Source of the DNA: an uncultured Acetatifactor sp.
GTDB taxonomy: Bacteria; Bacillota; Clostridia; Lachnospirales; Lachnospiraceae
Assembly: GCA_964523315.1 (NCBI GenBank)
Contig: CAZFYD010000002.1
Location: forward strand, 236 to 64,235
Length of the DNA: 64,000 bases
Direction of reading: 5' to 3'
Positions 21,722-31,271 of this stretch are shown piece by piece. The notes beneath the pieces were generated by a model. That model made no database searches, was not told the DNA's origin, and saw nothing but the letters and a program-made list of their open reading frames with translations. Each line of letters starts with the position of its first letter. Positions within the stretch are counted from its first letter, which is position 1. The translations under genes and the position numbers were made by a program.

Positions 21722-22027
21722 ATGTACGCAATTATTGCAACAGGTGGAAAGCAGTACAAAGTTTCTGAGGGAGATGTAATCAAAGTTGAAAAGATCGACG
21801 CAGAGGCCGGTGCTACTGTTACTTTTGACCAGGTGATCGCAGTAAGTGACAATACCCTCAAGGTGGGTGCAGATGTAGCAGGTGCTACTGTAGCGGCTAC
21901 CGTTATGGAGCAGGGTAGAGGTAAGAAGGTTATTGTATACAAGTACAAGAGAAAAACCGGTTACCACAAGAAGAACGGTCATAGACAAGCATACACTCAG
22001 GTTAAGATTGATAAGATTAATGCTTAA
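21722..22027 (+). CDS. rplU: 50S ribosomal protein L21
   Basis: [14 protein letters not shown]...GHRQAYT. Confidence 0.99.
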   Translation: MYAIIATGGKQYKVSEGDVIKVEKIDAEAGATVTFDQVIAVSDNTLKVGADVAGATVAATVMEQGRGKKVIVYKYKRKTGYHKKNGHRQAYTQVKIDKINA

Positions 22028-22041
22028 TTAAGTGAACGATT

Positions 22042-22374
22042 ATGACGACAGTAGTGATTCGCAGGACGAAAGCACAGAGTTATAAAGGTTTTATCTGTAT
22101 GGGACACGCAGGCTATGCCAAGCCCGGCAAGCCGGATATTCTGTGTGCTTCCATTTCTGTATTAGTTATCAATACAATCAACTCGTTAGAGGAGCTGGCC
22201 GGTGAACCGGTACAGGTCTCGACTGATGAGGAAACCGGATTTATCCAGTGCATATTTGAAGACGGCCTGCAGGAGAAATCCATCTTTCTGATGGATTCCA
22301 TGGTTTTCGGTCTGCAGCAGCTTTCCGATCATTATGGGAAAAAGTATCTTACAGTAAAGTTTGAGGAGGTGTAA
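22042..22374 (+). CDS. prp: Ribosomal-processing cysteine protease Prp (YsxB)
   Basis: GHAGY...DILCASIS catalytic motif, between rplU and rpmA. Confidence 0.93.
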   Translation: MTTVVIRRTKAQSYKGFICMGHAGYAKPGKPDILCASISVLVINTINSLEELAGEPVQVSTDEETGFIQCIFEDGLQEKSIFLMDSMVFGLQQLSDHYGKKYLTVKFEEV

Positions 22375-22377
22375 CCT

Positions 22378-22662
22378 ATGTTGAATATGAACCTTCAATT
22401 CTTCGCTCATAAAAAGGGTGTTGGTTCTACCAAGAACGGCAGAGATTCCGAGTCTAAAAGACTGGGTGCGAAGAGAGCTGACGGACAGTTCGTTAAGGCT
22501 GGTAACATTCTGTACAGACAGCGTGGTACCAAGATTCATCCCGGCGTAAATGTAGGCATCGGCGGCGATGATACATTATTTGCATTGGTGGATGGTGTTC
22601 TGAGATTCGAGAGAAAAGGCAGAGACAGGAAGCAGGCTTCTGTATATCCTGTTGAGCAGTAA
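22378..22662 (+). CDS. rpmA: 50S ribosomal protein L27 with Prp-cleaved N-terminal extension
   Basis: [24 protein letters not shown]. Confidence 0.99.
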   Translation: MLNMNLQFFAHKKGVGSTKNGRDSESKRLGAKRADGQFVKAGNILYRQRGTKIHPGVNVGIGGDDTLFALVDGVLRFERKGRDRKQASVYPVEQ

Positions 22663-22688
22663 TGCCGATTATCGAACATAGTCACGAG

Positions 22689-22723
22689 AGGCTTCAAACA
22701 TATTATTTTGTTTGAAGCCTTTT
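22689..22723 (+). terminator. Intrinsic terminator after rpmA
   Basis: 12-bp perfect stem AGGCTTCAAACA/TGTTTGAAGCCT followed by T residues. Confidence 0.85.
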
Positions 22724-22763
22724 ATTCACCACATGAACATTTAGGGAAAGAGGAGTAAACCGG

Positions 22764-24059
22764 ATGTTTGCAGACAGAGCAACGATCTATGTAAGAAGCG
22801 GAAAGGGCGGTGACGGCCATGTCTCCTTCCGCAGGGAAAAATATGTGCCAAACGGCGGCCCCGACGGCGGTGACGGCGGTCATGGCGGGGATGTGATCTT
22901 TCAGGTTGACGAAGGATTGAACACTCTGGCGGACTTTCGCCATATCCGCAAATATCAGGCCCAGGACGGTGAACAGGGCGGCAAGAAGAACTGTCACGGA
23001 AAAAACGGACAGGATATTCTAATCAAGGTTCCGGCAGGAACAGTGATAAAAGAAGCGGAGAGCGGCAAGGTCATTACCGACATGTCCGGCAACAATAAAA
23101 GAGTGGTTTTGCTGAAGGGAGGCAGAGGAGGCAACGGCAATCAGCATTATGCGACCAGCACAATGCAGGCGCCCAAATATGCCCAGCCCGGCCAGCCGGC
23201 CCAGGAGCTGACACTGCTTCTGGAGCTGAAGGTGATTGCGGATGTGGGACTGGTGGGATTCCCCAATGTGGGAAAATCCACATTGCTGTCCCGGGTGACC
23301 AATGCCCAGCCCAAGATCGCCAATTACCATTTTACCACTTTAATCCCTAACCTGGGCGTGGTGGATCTGGAGGATTCCAGGGGCTTTGTCATCGCAGATA
23401 TTCCCGGTCTGATCGAAGGCGCTTTTGAGGGAGCCGGTCTGGGACATGAATTCCTGCGGCATATCGAGCGCACCAAGGTGATCATCCATGTTGTGGATGC
23501 AGCAGGCACGGAGGGCCGGGATCCGGTAGCGGATATTTACACCATCAATAAGGAGTTAGAAAGCTACAATGCCGATATTTCCAAACGTCCCCAGGTCATT
23601 GCGGCCAACAAGATGGATGCGGTCTATAATGAAGGCCGAAATGACCCTCTGGCTGCACTGAAGGCCGAATTTGAGCCGAAAGGGATCCCTGTGTATCCCA
23701 TATCTGCAATCAGCGGACAGGGGCTGAATGAGCTTTTGTATCACGTCAGGGAGATGCTGGATCAGATTGATGAGGAGCCAACTGTTTTCGCTCAGGAGTA
23801 TTTTCCTGAGAAAGAGAGGATTTCTGACAGCGATATGCCTTATACCGTGGAATACGATGCCGAGGCGGATGAGTATGTGATAGAGGGGCCCCGCATTGAA
23901 AAGATGCTGGGCTATACCAATCTGGAAAGCGAGAAGGGATTTACCTTCTTCCAAAATTTTCTGAAGGATACAGGGATTCTGGATCAGCTGGAGGAACTGG
24001 GCATTCAGGAGGGAGATACCGTCAGAATGTACGGTTTATCCTTTGATTATTATAAATAA
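22764..24059 (+). CDS. obgE: GTPase ObgE/CgtA
   Basis: Gly-rich Obg fold, GFPNVGKS, DIPG, NKMD, C-terminal OCT domain. Confidence 0.98.
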   Translation: MFADRATIYVRSGKGGDGHVSFRREKYVPNGGPDGGDGGHGGDVIFQVDEGLNTLADFRHIRKYQAQDGEQGGKKNCHGKNGQDILIKVPAGTVIKEAESGKVITDMSGNNKRVVLLKGGRGGNGNQHYATSTMQAPKYAQPGQPAQELTLLLELKVIADVGLVGFPNVGKSTLLSRVTNAQPKIANYHFTTLIPNLGVVDLEDSRGFVIADIPGLIEGAFEGAGLGHEFLRHIERTKVIIHVVDAAGTEGRDPVADIYTINKELESYNADISKRPQVIAANKMDAVYNEGRNDPLAALKAEFEPKGIPVYPISAISGQGLNELLYHVREMLDQIDEEPTVFAQEYFPEKERISDSDMPYTVEYDAEADEYVIEGPRIEKMLGYTNLESEKGFTFFQNFLKDTGILDQLEELGIQEGDTVRMYGLSFDYYK

Positions 24060-24075
24060 TGTGAGGTGGTTACGG

Positions 24076-24363
24076 ATGACAAGTAAACAGAGAGCGTATT
24101 TAAAAAGCCTGGCAGGCAGTCTGGATCCCATTTTTCAGGTCGGTAAATCCAGTCTGACCCCCCAGGTGACGGAAGCCATCGGCGAGGCATTCAACACCCG
24201 GGAGCTGATTAAGATTGCAGTGCTGAAAAGCTGTCTGGATGATCCCCGGGAGATCGCTGGGATGGTGGCGGAACGCACCCATTCCCAGGTGGTGCAGGTG
24301 ATCGGCAAAAAGATCATATTGTATAAACCTGACCGGGACAACCCTAGGATACAGCTGCCATGA
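24076..24363 (+). CDS. yhbY: Ribosome assembly RNA-binding protein YhbY
   Basis: MTSKQRAYLKSLA, QVGK, ELIKI, VQVIGK. Confidence 0.95.
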   Translation: MTSKQRAYLKSLAGSLDPIFQVGKSSLTPQVTEAIGEAFNTRELIKIAVLKSCLDDPREIAGMVAERTHSQVVQVIGKKIILYKPDRDNPRIQLP

Positions 24364-24995
24364 ACAGTGGGATTGATGCTGTTGCAAACTGGAAAAAAAC
24401 GGGGATTATGGGAGGCACTTTCAATCCTATTCATCACGGACATCTGTTGTTGGCCCAGTGGGCCATGGAGGAGGCTTCCCTGGATGGGGTGCTGTTCCTC
24501 CCTACGGGAAATTCCTACATGAAGGCAGGCAGGGAGGTCCTCTCCGGCCAGGAGCGGCTGGCCATGACGGAGGCTGCCGTTGCGGACAGGGATTGTTTTG
24601 TCTGTTCCGATCTGGAAATCGGACGCAGCGGGAACACCTATACCTATGAAACGCTGGAAGGGCTGAATCGGCGCTGCCCTGGCACCGAGCTGTATTTTAT
24701 CATTGGGGCGGACTGCCTGTTTTCCATGGAAAAGTGGCGTTGTCCGGAACGGATCTTCCGCAGCTGTACCATCCTTGCCGCATCCCGCAGCGGGATACCC
24801 ATGGAAAATCTGGAACAAAAACGCTGTGAACTGCAGAAACGGTATGACGCCAGAATCCGTCTGATTGAATTCCCTCATATGGAGATATCCTCCACAGATA
24901 TCCGCCGCCGGTGCAGACAGGGACTGAGCATCCGGTATCTGGTGCCGGAAAGCGTACGGAAAGTAATTGAAACCAAAAATTATTACCGAGGATGA
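24360..24995 (+). CDS. nadD: Nicotinate-nucleotide adenylyltransferase
   Basis: GGTFNPIHHGH, FIIGAD, ISSTDIR. Confidence 0.96.
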   Translation: MNSGIDAVANWKKTGIMGGTFNPIHHGHLLLAQWAMEEASLDGVLFLPTGNSYMKAGREVLSGQERLAMTEAAVADRDCFVCSDLEIGRSGNTYTYETLEGLNRRCPGTELYFIIGADCLFSMEKWRCPERIFRSCTILAASRSGIPMENLEQKRCELQKRYDARIRLIEFPHMEISSTDIRRRCRQGLSIRYLVPESVRKVIETKNYYRG

Positions 24996-24999
24996 AGCA

Positions 25000-25578
25000 T
25001 TGAAACCAATTGAACTGAGCAAATTAAGAAAAGAGATGGCAAAGATTCAGGACGGCAAACGCTATGAACATACGCTGAGTGTGGCCTATACAGCGGCGAA
25101 TCTTGCCGCCTGCTATGGAGAGGATATTGATCAGGCCCTGACAGCCGGGCTGCTGCATGACTGCGCAAAATGCCTGTCCGATAAAAAGCTTCTGTCGATC
25201 TGTGAAAAGCAGAAGCTGCCGGTCAGTCCGCAGGAGGAAAGGAAGCCTTCCCTGCTGCATGCCAAAGTCGGCAGTTACCTGGCCCGTAAGGAGTATCATA
25301 TTGCGGATCCGGATATCCTCAATGCCATTCATAATCATACTACGGGACGTCCCGGCATGTCCCTTCTGGAAAAGATTATTTTTGTGGCCGACTATATGGA
25401 ACCGGGCCGCAAGCAGGCACCCCGTCTGGGACAGATCCGAAAAGCTGCCTTCACGGATCTGGATGGCGCCATGCTGATGATTCTGGAGGATACTCTGGTC
25501 TATCTGCAGGAATCCGGTTCCGTGATTGATCAGACCACCCGGGAAACCTATGAATATTATAAAAACGGAGGGAAATAG
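25000..25578 (+). CDS. yqeK: HD-domain Ap4A hydrolase YqeK
   Basis: RYEHT, LLHDCAK, LLHAKVG, HTTG, ADYMEPGR; start approximate. Confidence 0.92.
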   Translation: MKPIELSKLRKEMAKIQDGKRYEHTLSVAYTAANLAACYGEDIDQALTAGLLHDCAKCLSDKKLLSICEKQKLPVSPQEERKPSLLHAKVGSYLARKEYHIADPDILNAIHNHTTGRPGMSLLEKIIFVADYMEPGRKQAPRLGQIRKAAFTDLDGAMLMILEDTLVYLQESGSVIDQTTRETYEYYKNGGK

Positions 25579-25579
25579 G

Positions 25580-25930
25580 ATGAACACTTCTAAGACGGTA
25601 GCAAAGCTGGCTATTGAAGCACTGGAGGACAAAAAAGCCGAGGATATCCGGATCATCGATATCAGCAAGGTTTCTGTCATTGCCGATTATTTTATCATTG
25701 CCGGAGGCAGCAATCGCAGCCAGATCCAGACTCTCTGCGATAATGTGGAAGAGAAGCTGGGACGCGCCGGATATCATATCCGTCAGGTGGAGGGATATGA
25801 TACGGCAAATTGGATCCTGATGGATTTCGGTGATGTAATCGTACATGTATTTGACAAAGAGAACCGCCTGCTTTACGATCTGGAGCGCATCTGGGGAGAC
25901 GGCAGACAGGTGAAAAAGGAAGATCTGTAA
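25580..25930 (+). CDS. rsfS: Ribosome silencing factor RsfS
   Basis: DKKAEDI, WILMDFGDVIVHVF, YDLERIW. Confidence 0.97.
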   Translation: MNTSKTVAKLAIEALEDKKAEDIRIIDISKVSVIADYFIIAGGSNRSQIQTLCDNVEEKLGRAGYHIRQVEGYDTANWILMDFGDVIVHVFDKENRLLYDLERIWGDGRQVKKEDL

Positions 25931-25951
25931 TTGTGATACACAGGGAATCAT

Positions 25952-25999
25952 AAAAAACAGTGGCTATTCTCCAGTTCGGGCAGAACAGCCACTGTTTTC
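25952..25999. terminator. Bidirectional terminator between rsfS and the DUF378 gene
   Basis: AAAACAGTGGCT...AGCCACTGTTTT inverted repeat between convergent genes. Confidence 0.8.
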
Positions 26000-26019
26000 T
26001 CAATCAGGGACAGAGCATA

Positions 26020-26238
26020 CTATGATGCGTCTCCACGGCCGTTTCCCAGATGCATATAAAAAGTAATCAGATACAGACCGCAGAGTCCCACCAGAACATA
26101 AATAATTCTGGACAGCCAGGACATATCCCCGAAAATAAAGGCTACCAGGTCAAATCTGAACAAGCCGATCAATCCCCAGTTAAGAGCACCGATAATCGCA
26201 ATGGTCAGAGCGGTGCCGTCTAAATATTTGTTTCCCAT
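26020..26238 (-). CDS. DUF378 small membrane protein
   Basis: IIGALNWGLIGLFRFDLVAFIFG...SRIIYVLVG. Confidence 0.9.
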   Translation of the reverse strand: MGNKYLDGTALTIAIIGALNWGLIGLFRFDLVAFIFGDMSWLSRIIYVLVGLCGLYLITFYMHLGNGRGDAS

Positions 26239-26351
26239 ATGAGCTTCCTCCATTCCATATAGTCACAATCATAGGATGAACGTATCCGATATCTATTGTG
26301 TCCAGAGAAACAGAGAACTATACCTTCACACTCATAAAGTGTAACAATATA

Positions 26352-26969
26352 TCAGCGATAAAAACGGAAAACGCCGAATACCTTGCCGAGAATCCGGCAA
26401 TCCTCTACAATGATAGGATCCATAGCGTCATTTTCCGGCTGCAGGCGAATATGTCCGTTTTCTTTATAAAAAGTCTTAACAGTGGCAGAATCATCGATCA
26501 GGGCTACCACCATATCCCCATTGGAAGCAGTACTGCAGCAGTTTACGAAGATCCGATCTCCGCTGAAAATACCGGCATTAATCATGGAATCCCCTTTTAC
26601 CTTTAAAATAAAGGAATCTCCTTTCGGAACCACATCCGCAGGCACCGGGAAATAGTCCTCGATGTTCTCCTGGGCCAGAATCGGCGTGCCGGCAGCCACC
26701 TGTCCAACAACAGGGATGCTGACCATCTCCGTGCGGACAATCTGAAAACTGTCGTCACAAATCTCAATAGCTCTGGGCTTGGTTGGATCTCTCCGGATAT
26801 AACCGTTTTTCTCCAGTGTTTCCAGATGGGAATGAACGGAAGAGGTGGACTTCAAATGTACCGTTTCACAGATCTCACGAACCGTGGGCGGATATCCCTT
26901 TTTCAGGATTTCCTCCTTGATATAATCTAAAATTTCCTGTTGCTTCGCAGTAATCTTACCATAACCCAT
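26352..26969 (-). CDS. lexA: SOS repressor LexA
   Basis: w[12 protein letters not shown], Ala-Gly cleavage site (VAAG), Ser (GDSM) and Lys (ATVK) dyad. Confidence 0.98.
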   Translation of the reverse strand: MGYGKITAKQQEILDYIKEEILKKGYPPTVREICETVHLKSTSSVHSHLETLEKNGYIRRDPTKPRAIEICDDSFQIVRTEMVSIPVVGQVAAGTPILAQENIEDYFPVPADVVPKGDSFILKVKGDSMINAGIFSGDRIFVNCCSTASNGDMVVALIDDSATVKTFYKENGHIRLQPENDAMDPIIVEDCRILGKVFGVFRFYR

Positions 26970-27021
26970 GATAGGTCCTCCATTTCTCAGGGAAAATCAA
27001 TAGTAACTTTAATTTATGTTA

Positions 27022-27050
27022 ATTATAGCACAGCAAATCAAAAAAAGCAA
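27022..27050 (-). promoter_or_regulatory. Sigma-A promoter of lexA
   Basis: Minus strand TTGCTT-17 bp-TATAAT with extended TG. Confidence 0.7.
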
Positions 27051-27135
27051 ACATATATTCCAAAAATATGTTCGATTTTTTCTTGACAGCAGAAAATATG
27101 TTCGCTATAATACAATCAGAAAGAACAAATGTTCC
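27048..27135. promoter_or_regulatory. Cluster of LexA (Cheo) boxes overlapping the yneA promoter
   Basis: GAAC-AAAT-GTTC at 27123-27134, near-matches at 27091-27104, 27061-27074 and 27048-27061; + strand TTGACA(27083)-17-TATAAT(27106). Confidence 0.88.
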
Positions 27136-27173
27136 GAACGGAGATTCGAATTTCTATACGGAGGTTGTGTCAC

Positions 27174-27557
27174 ATGAGAGAAACTGTATATGGTTTTGAC
27201 AGAGAGCAGAGGAATTATTACAGGAAACTTAGAAGGCAGAGGGAAATCAGGCGAAAGTTTATTCTGGCCGCCATTGCTGTTGTGCCAGTGCTGATTTTTA
27301 CCCTTTCCTATCATGCGCTGATTTCCCACGCCAATACGGGAATGGAAGATGTTTCCTACAAATACTTTACCAGTATTCAGATCAAAGCAGGTGATACGCT
27401 GTGGAGTCTGGCTGACAGATATGCGGATGAGCTGCATTATGCCAGCCAGGATCAGTATATTGCGGAAGTGATGGAAATCAACCACATGAAGGATGAGAAT
27501 ATCTATGCGGGAAATTATCTGATCGTGCCCTATTACAGTGCAGAGTTTGTCAAATAA
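27174..27557 (+). CDS. yneA: LysM-domain SOS cell-division inhibitor (YneA-like)
   Basis: TM segment plus LysM (IKAGDTLWSLA...NH..I.AG.YLIVP); divergent from lexA. Confidence 0.85.
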   Translation: MRETVYGFDREQRNYYRKLRRQREIRRKFILAAIAVVPVLIFTLSYHALISHANTGMEDVSYKYFTSIQIKAGDTLWSLADRYADELHYASQDQYIAEVMEINHMKDENIYAGNYLIVPYYSAEFVK

Positions 27558-27569
27558 GCCTTTTTACGG

Positions 27570-28640
27570 CTATTTTTCCCGCAGCCGGACAGCATTGGCA
27601 GCCCGGCGTCTGCGCTCATCCTCCTGCGCAGCGTAGTGCTTTCTGGTGGTGTTTACGTCACTGTGGCCCAGCACATCTGCCACCAGATAAATATCTCCGG
27701 TCTCCTGATACAGGGAGGTGCCGTAGGTACTGCGCAGCTTATGGGGAGTGATTTTTTTCAGTGTGGTTACCCGGGATGCATATTTCTTTACCAGATTTTC
27801 CACCGAACGCACGGCCATGCGGCGGTTCTGCAGGGAGAGAAAGAGGGCATTCTCATGGCCCTCTGCCGGGATTATATGCTCACGCTGCTCCAGATAGTCT
27901 AAAAGAGCAGTTCCCACCTCATCACCAAAATAGATCACAGCCTCTTTTCCGCCCTTGCGCAGGATCCGAATCCCATAGGCATCAAAATCCACATCCTGCA
28001 TGTCAAGTCCCACACATTCCGATACACGTATCCCCGTCCCCAGCAGCAGTGTGAGGATTGCTACATCCCGCAGCTTCGTTTTCCTGTGATATTCCTGCTC
28101 TTTTTTGGTCAGCTTGGTTCCGTCCTCCACCTGATCCAGCAGGATCGCCACCTCGTTGGGCTCCAGACGGATAATCTCCTTATCATGGCGCTTTGGCAGG
28201 GGCACCAGAGCTGCAGGATTCTTCTCGATTTTCTCCGTCTCATAAAAGTAATTATAGAAGCTCCGAAGAGAAGCCAGTTTTCGACATTTTCCCCGTTCAT
28301 CATTGGTAATGCTTTTCCCGTCCTTCTGGTACAGGGAAATATACTCCAGATATTCCTCAATATCCTGGCGGGTGATCTGATTCAGATAATCCAGCGGGAT
28401 CTCCGGGATATCCAGCTTTGCGCAGGCCCTGTTTTCTTCGTGCAGATATTCAAAAAACATCCGCAGATCATAGGCATAGGCCAGTCTGGTGCGGGCGGAA
28501 GTATAGGGTTCGATGCCCCGGAAAAATTCCTTGCAGAAGGGCGGCAGCTCCTCCAGTACAGCACGCATTTTCAGGATATTCTGCATTTTCTGTTCATCAT
28601 GGTAACTGGCACCGTTAATATGATTTGCCAAAATATTCAC
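27570..28640 (-). CDS. Tyrosine recombinase, Xer-like
   Basis: Intact catalytic set: GIRVSE (R), KGGK (K), HKLR, LGH, HY; no adjacent mobile-element genes. Confidence 0.93.
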   Translation of the reverse strand: MNILANHINGASYHDEQKMQNILKMRAVLEELPPFCKEFFRGIEPYTSARTRLAYAYDLRMFFEYLHEENRACAKLDIPEIPLDYLNQITRQDIEEYLEYISLYQKDGKSITNDERGKCRKLASLRSFYNYFYETEKIEKNPAALVPLPKRHDKEIIRLEPNEVAILLDQVEDGTKLTKKEQEYHRKTKLRDVAILTLLLGTGIRVSECVGLDMQDVDFDAYGIRILRKGGKEAVIYFGDEVGTALLDYLEQREHIIPAEGHENALFLSLQNRRMAVRSVENLVKKYASRVTTLKKITPHKLRSTYGTSLYQETGDIYLVADVLGHSDVNTTRKHYAAQEDERRRRAANAVRLREK

Positions 28641-28774
28641 TCCATCCTTTCAGGTTTCCGGTTCAAATGGCCGTAAACATACGATCCTTTACGCCGGGAT
28701 TCCCCAGATTTTAGCTGCCGGATGACGGTCAGCCCGGTACGATCAGATAGGTTACCGGTCCCTTGCCACAATCC

Positions 28775-28803
28775 ATTTTACCTTTTTTTGCGTCAGGAAA
28801 CAA
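28775..28803 (-). promoter_or_regulatory. Putative sigma-A promoter of the recombinase
   Basis: Minus strand TTGTTT-17 bp-TAAAAT. Confidence 0.5.
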
Positions 28804-28833
28804 TAGATTCCGGCATTTTTTTAAGGAAATAGC

Positions 28834-28864
28834 TCTTGTTATATGAACAAGATCAGTGTATGAT
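28834..28864 (+). promoter_or_regulatory. Putative promoter of the AI-2E gene with a palindrome over the -35
   Basis: TTGTTA(28836)-17-TATGAT(28859); TCTTGTT-ATATG-AACAAGA palindrome at 28834-28852. Confidence 0.55.
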
Positions 28865-28931
28865 GAATAAAGATGGACATTAGTGCGGTTATGAGATTGG
28901 CTTTCAGACTGCATGGGGTAGGAAAGGATAA

Positions 28932-30458
28932 TTGGAAAATATGAGAATCAGATGGAATAATCGATATGTGCGATGGGGATTGACTGCTCTGCTTGTCATT
29001 GTGGGCAGCATTATGTTTTATTATCTGCTGTTTCACGGCTCAAATATCAAAACCGCATTTCAAATTATTATTGGCATTATGATGCCGGTGGTATTTGGAT
29101 TTATATTGGCTTATCTGCTGACGCCTGTTCTGAACTTTATCGAACAGCGGATTCTGTACCCCCTCAGAAAGCGTCTAAAGTTAAAGGAGGGGGCTAAGAC
29201 CCGAAAAAGAACCAGGGGACTGAGTATCCTGATCACAGCTTGTTTATTCTATCTTGTGATCCACACCCTGATCGGTATGCTGGTATCTCAGATCGTCCCC
29301 AGTATTGAGAGTATCATTTCCAAGTATGACACATATGTGAACAACTTTACCATTTGGCTGAATCAGCTGTTGGCTGATAATCCTGAGATCAAGAACTATG
29401 TCACGAATCTTGTGAACCGTTATTCCGCAGAGTTGGAGCGTTTCCTGAATGAAACTGTGCTGGTCAAATCCAGTGAACTCATTAAGACTGTATCGCTGAG
29501 TGTACTCGGTTTTCTTAAGGTATTGTGGAACTTTGTTATCGGATTTATTATTTCAATTTATATTCTGGGCAGCAAAGAGAAATTTGCCATACAGGCGAAG
29601 AAACTGGTTTATGCCTGCTTTGATTCGGATTCCGGCAATGTAATCATCAATAATTTCCGCTTTGCCCACAATACCTTTATCGGCTTTATCAGCGGCAAGA
29701 TCCTGGATTCCCTGATTATCGGCCTGCTCTGCTTTATCGGAACCACAATCATGCAGACGCCCTATGCAGCCCTGGTCAGCGTGATTATCGGTGTGACGAA
29801 TATTATTCCCTTTTTCGGGCCGTTCCTGGGCGCCATTCCCAGTGCCGTGCTGATTCTTGTAGTGGATCCCCTGCATCCGCTGAACTGTGTCTATTTTGTA
29901 ATATTTATTCTGGTTCTGCAGCAGGTGGACGGCAACCTGATCGGACCGAAGATCCTGGGGAACTCCACCGGCTTATCCGGCTTCTGGGTGATTTTCGCCA
30001 TAACGTTGTTCGGTGGGCTGTTTGGCGTATTGGGAATGATTGTAGGTGTGCCGATCTTTGCAATCATCTATACCGCAGTAAAGTCCGTTGTAAACTCCGC
30101 ATTGATTAAAAAGAATATGCCCATCGAAAGCGATGTCTATAAAGACCTTGAGTGCGTGGATGAGGCCGGCATCCATTCCATCAATAATCAGGAGCGCCAC
30201 CGGATCATCAAGGCCAAAAATGCTGCAGGGAAAGCCAAAACGACAGAAAAAGAGGAAAACAGTCACAATGAGCTGGTTTCCGGGATGAAGTTTATCAGCA
30301 GCACGGAAGAGTGGAAGAGAAGAATCCCTGTGTACTGGAACGATACAGATGCGCTTCCCAGAAATAGCACCGGCTTTACTGCTGCTTCTGCCAAGAAAGA
30401 AGAAGCAGCGGAAGAGGAGCAGACATCTGCTCAGGAATCCGACCAGAATAAGGAGTAA
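28932..30458 (+). CDS. AI-2E family (PerM/UPF0118) transporter with hydrophilic C-terminal tail
   Basis: AYLLTP, NIIPFFGPFLG, QQVDGNLIGPKILG, GMIVGVP. Confidence 0.93.
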   Translation: MENMRIRWNNRYVRWGLTALLVIVGSIMFYYLLFHGSNIKTAFQIIIGIMMPVVFGFILAYLLTPVLNFIEQRILYPLRKRLKLKEGAKTRKRTRGLSILITACLFYLVIHTLIGMLVSQIVPSIESIISKYDTYVNNFTIWLNQLLADNPEIKNYVTNLVNRYSAELERFLNETVLVKSSELIKTVSLSVLGFLKVLWNFVIGFIISIYILGSKEKFAIQAKKLVYACFDSDSGNVIINNFRFAHNTFIGFISGKILDSLIIGLLCFIGTTIMQTPYAALVSVIIGVTNIIPFFGPFLGAIPSAVLILVVDPLHPLNCVYFVIFILVLQQVDGNLIGPKILGNSTGLSGFWVIFAITLFGGLFGVLGMIVGVPIFAIIYTAVKSVVNSALIKKNMPIESDVYKDLECVDEAGIHSINNQERHRIIKAKNAAGKAKTTEKEENSHNELVSGMKFISSTEEWKRRIPVYWNDTDALPRNSTGFTAASAKKEEAAEEEQTSAQESDQNKE

Positions 30459-30467
30459 AAATATCTT

Positions 30468-30929
30468 ATGAGAATTTTAATTCAAAGAGTTTCTGAAGCC
30501 AGTGTATCTGTGGACCATCAGGTTATTGGCTCCATAGGAAAAGGTTTTCTGGCGTTGATCGGCATCAGTCAGACCGATACCAGGTGCATTGCCGATAAAA
30601 TGATTCGAAAAATGCTGGGACTGCGGATATTTGAAGACGCTAATGGCAAGACTAATCTGTCCCTGCAGGATGTAAACGGCAGCCTGCTTTTAGTGTCACA
30701 GTTCACTCTGTATGCAGACTGCCGCAAAGGGAATCGTCCTTCCTTTATCCATGCCGGGGCCCCGGATATGGCCAATGCCTTATATGAATATATTCTGGAG
30801 GAATGCCGCAGGCAAATGCCGGAACCGACTGAAAAGGTCCAGCATGGCAGCTTCGGCGCAGATATGAAGATTTTCTTGCTGAATGACGGACCATTCACCA
30901 TATGGCTGGACTCCGAAGAAATAGGTTAG
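30468..30929 (+). CDS. dtd: D-aminoacyl-tRNA deacylase
   Basis: [19 protein letters not shown]. Confidence 0.97.
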   Translation: MRILIQRVSEASVSVDHQVIGSIGKGFLALIGISQTDTRCIADKMIRKMLGLRIFEDANGKTNLSLQDVNGSLLLVSQFTLYADCRKGNRPSFIHAGAPDMANALYEYILEECRRQMPEPTEKVQHGSFGADMKIFLLNDGPFTIWLDSEEIG

Positions 30930-30997
30930 AAAAACCCATAACTATTCGTTAAACTTGTGTTTTGCGCATAGTTGCTGGTCTTTCTATTCTGCTCTTT

Positions 30998-31231
30998 CTA
31001 CATCTCCTGACGCAGCTTTTTTAGCTTTTCCAGCAGCTCCAGATCATCGGCCGTGACTTTGATATTCGCCTGGAGCTCCTTGCCGTCCGGGGTTATGACC
31101 TTGCATTCCATAACCGTACCTTCCTGCAGACCGGCCTTTGTAAATGCCTTCGTAAACTGTATAAACTTCGGATGATTTTTCTTGAACTTTTCAAAATCAT
31201 TCTTTAATCCCAGTAATGCCATAGGATTCAT
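30998..31231 (-). CDS. Small conserved hypothetical protein
   Basis: MNPMALL...FKKNHPKF...QANIKVTADDLEL; GAGGT RBS. Confidence 0.75.
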   Translation of the reverse strand: MNPMALLGLKNDFEKFKKNHPKFIQFTKAFTKAGLQEGTVMECKVITPDGKELQANIKVTADDLELLEKLKKLRQEM

Positions 31232-31271
31232 ATCTCTGTACCTCATTAAATATCCTGTAAACGTTTGCCCT

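Noticed and set aside
27001-27024. TTATGTTAATT resembling the XerD arm of dif
   Set aside because: No XerC-type arm at 6-bp spacing; the sequence is explained as the AT-rich lexA transcription start region.
27570-28640. Recombinase as a prophage or ICE integrase
   Set aside because: No excisionase, att repeats, tRNA target, or phage and conjugation genes; the neighbours are housekeeping genes.
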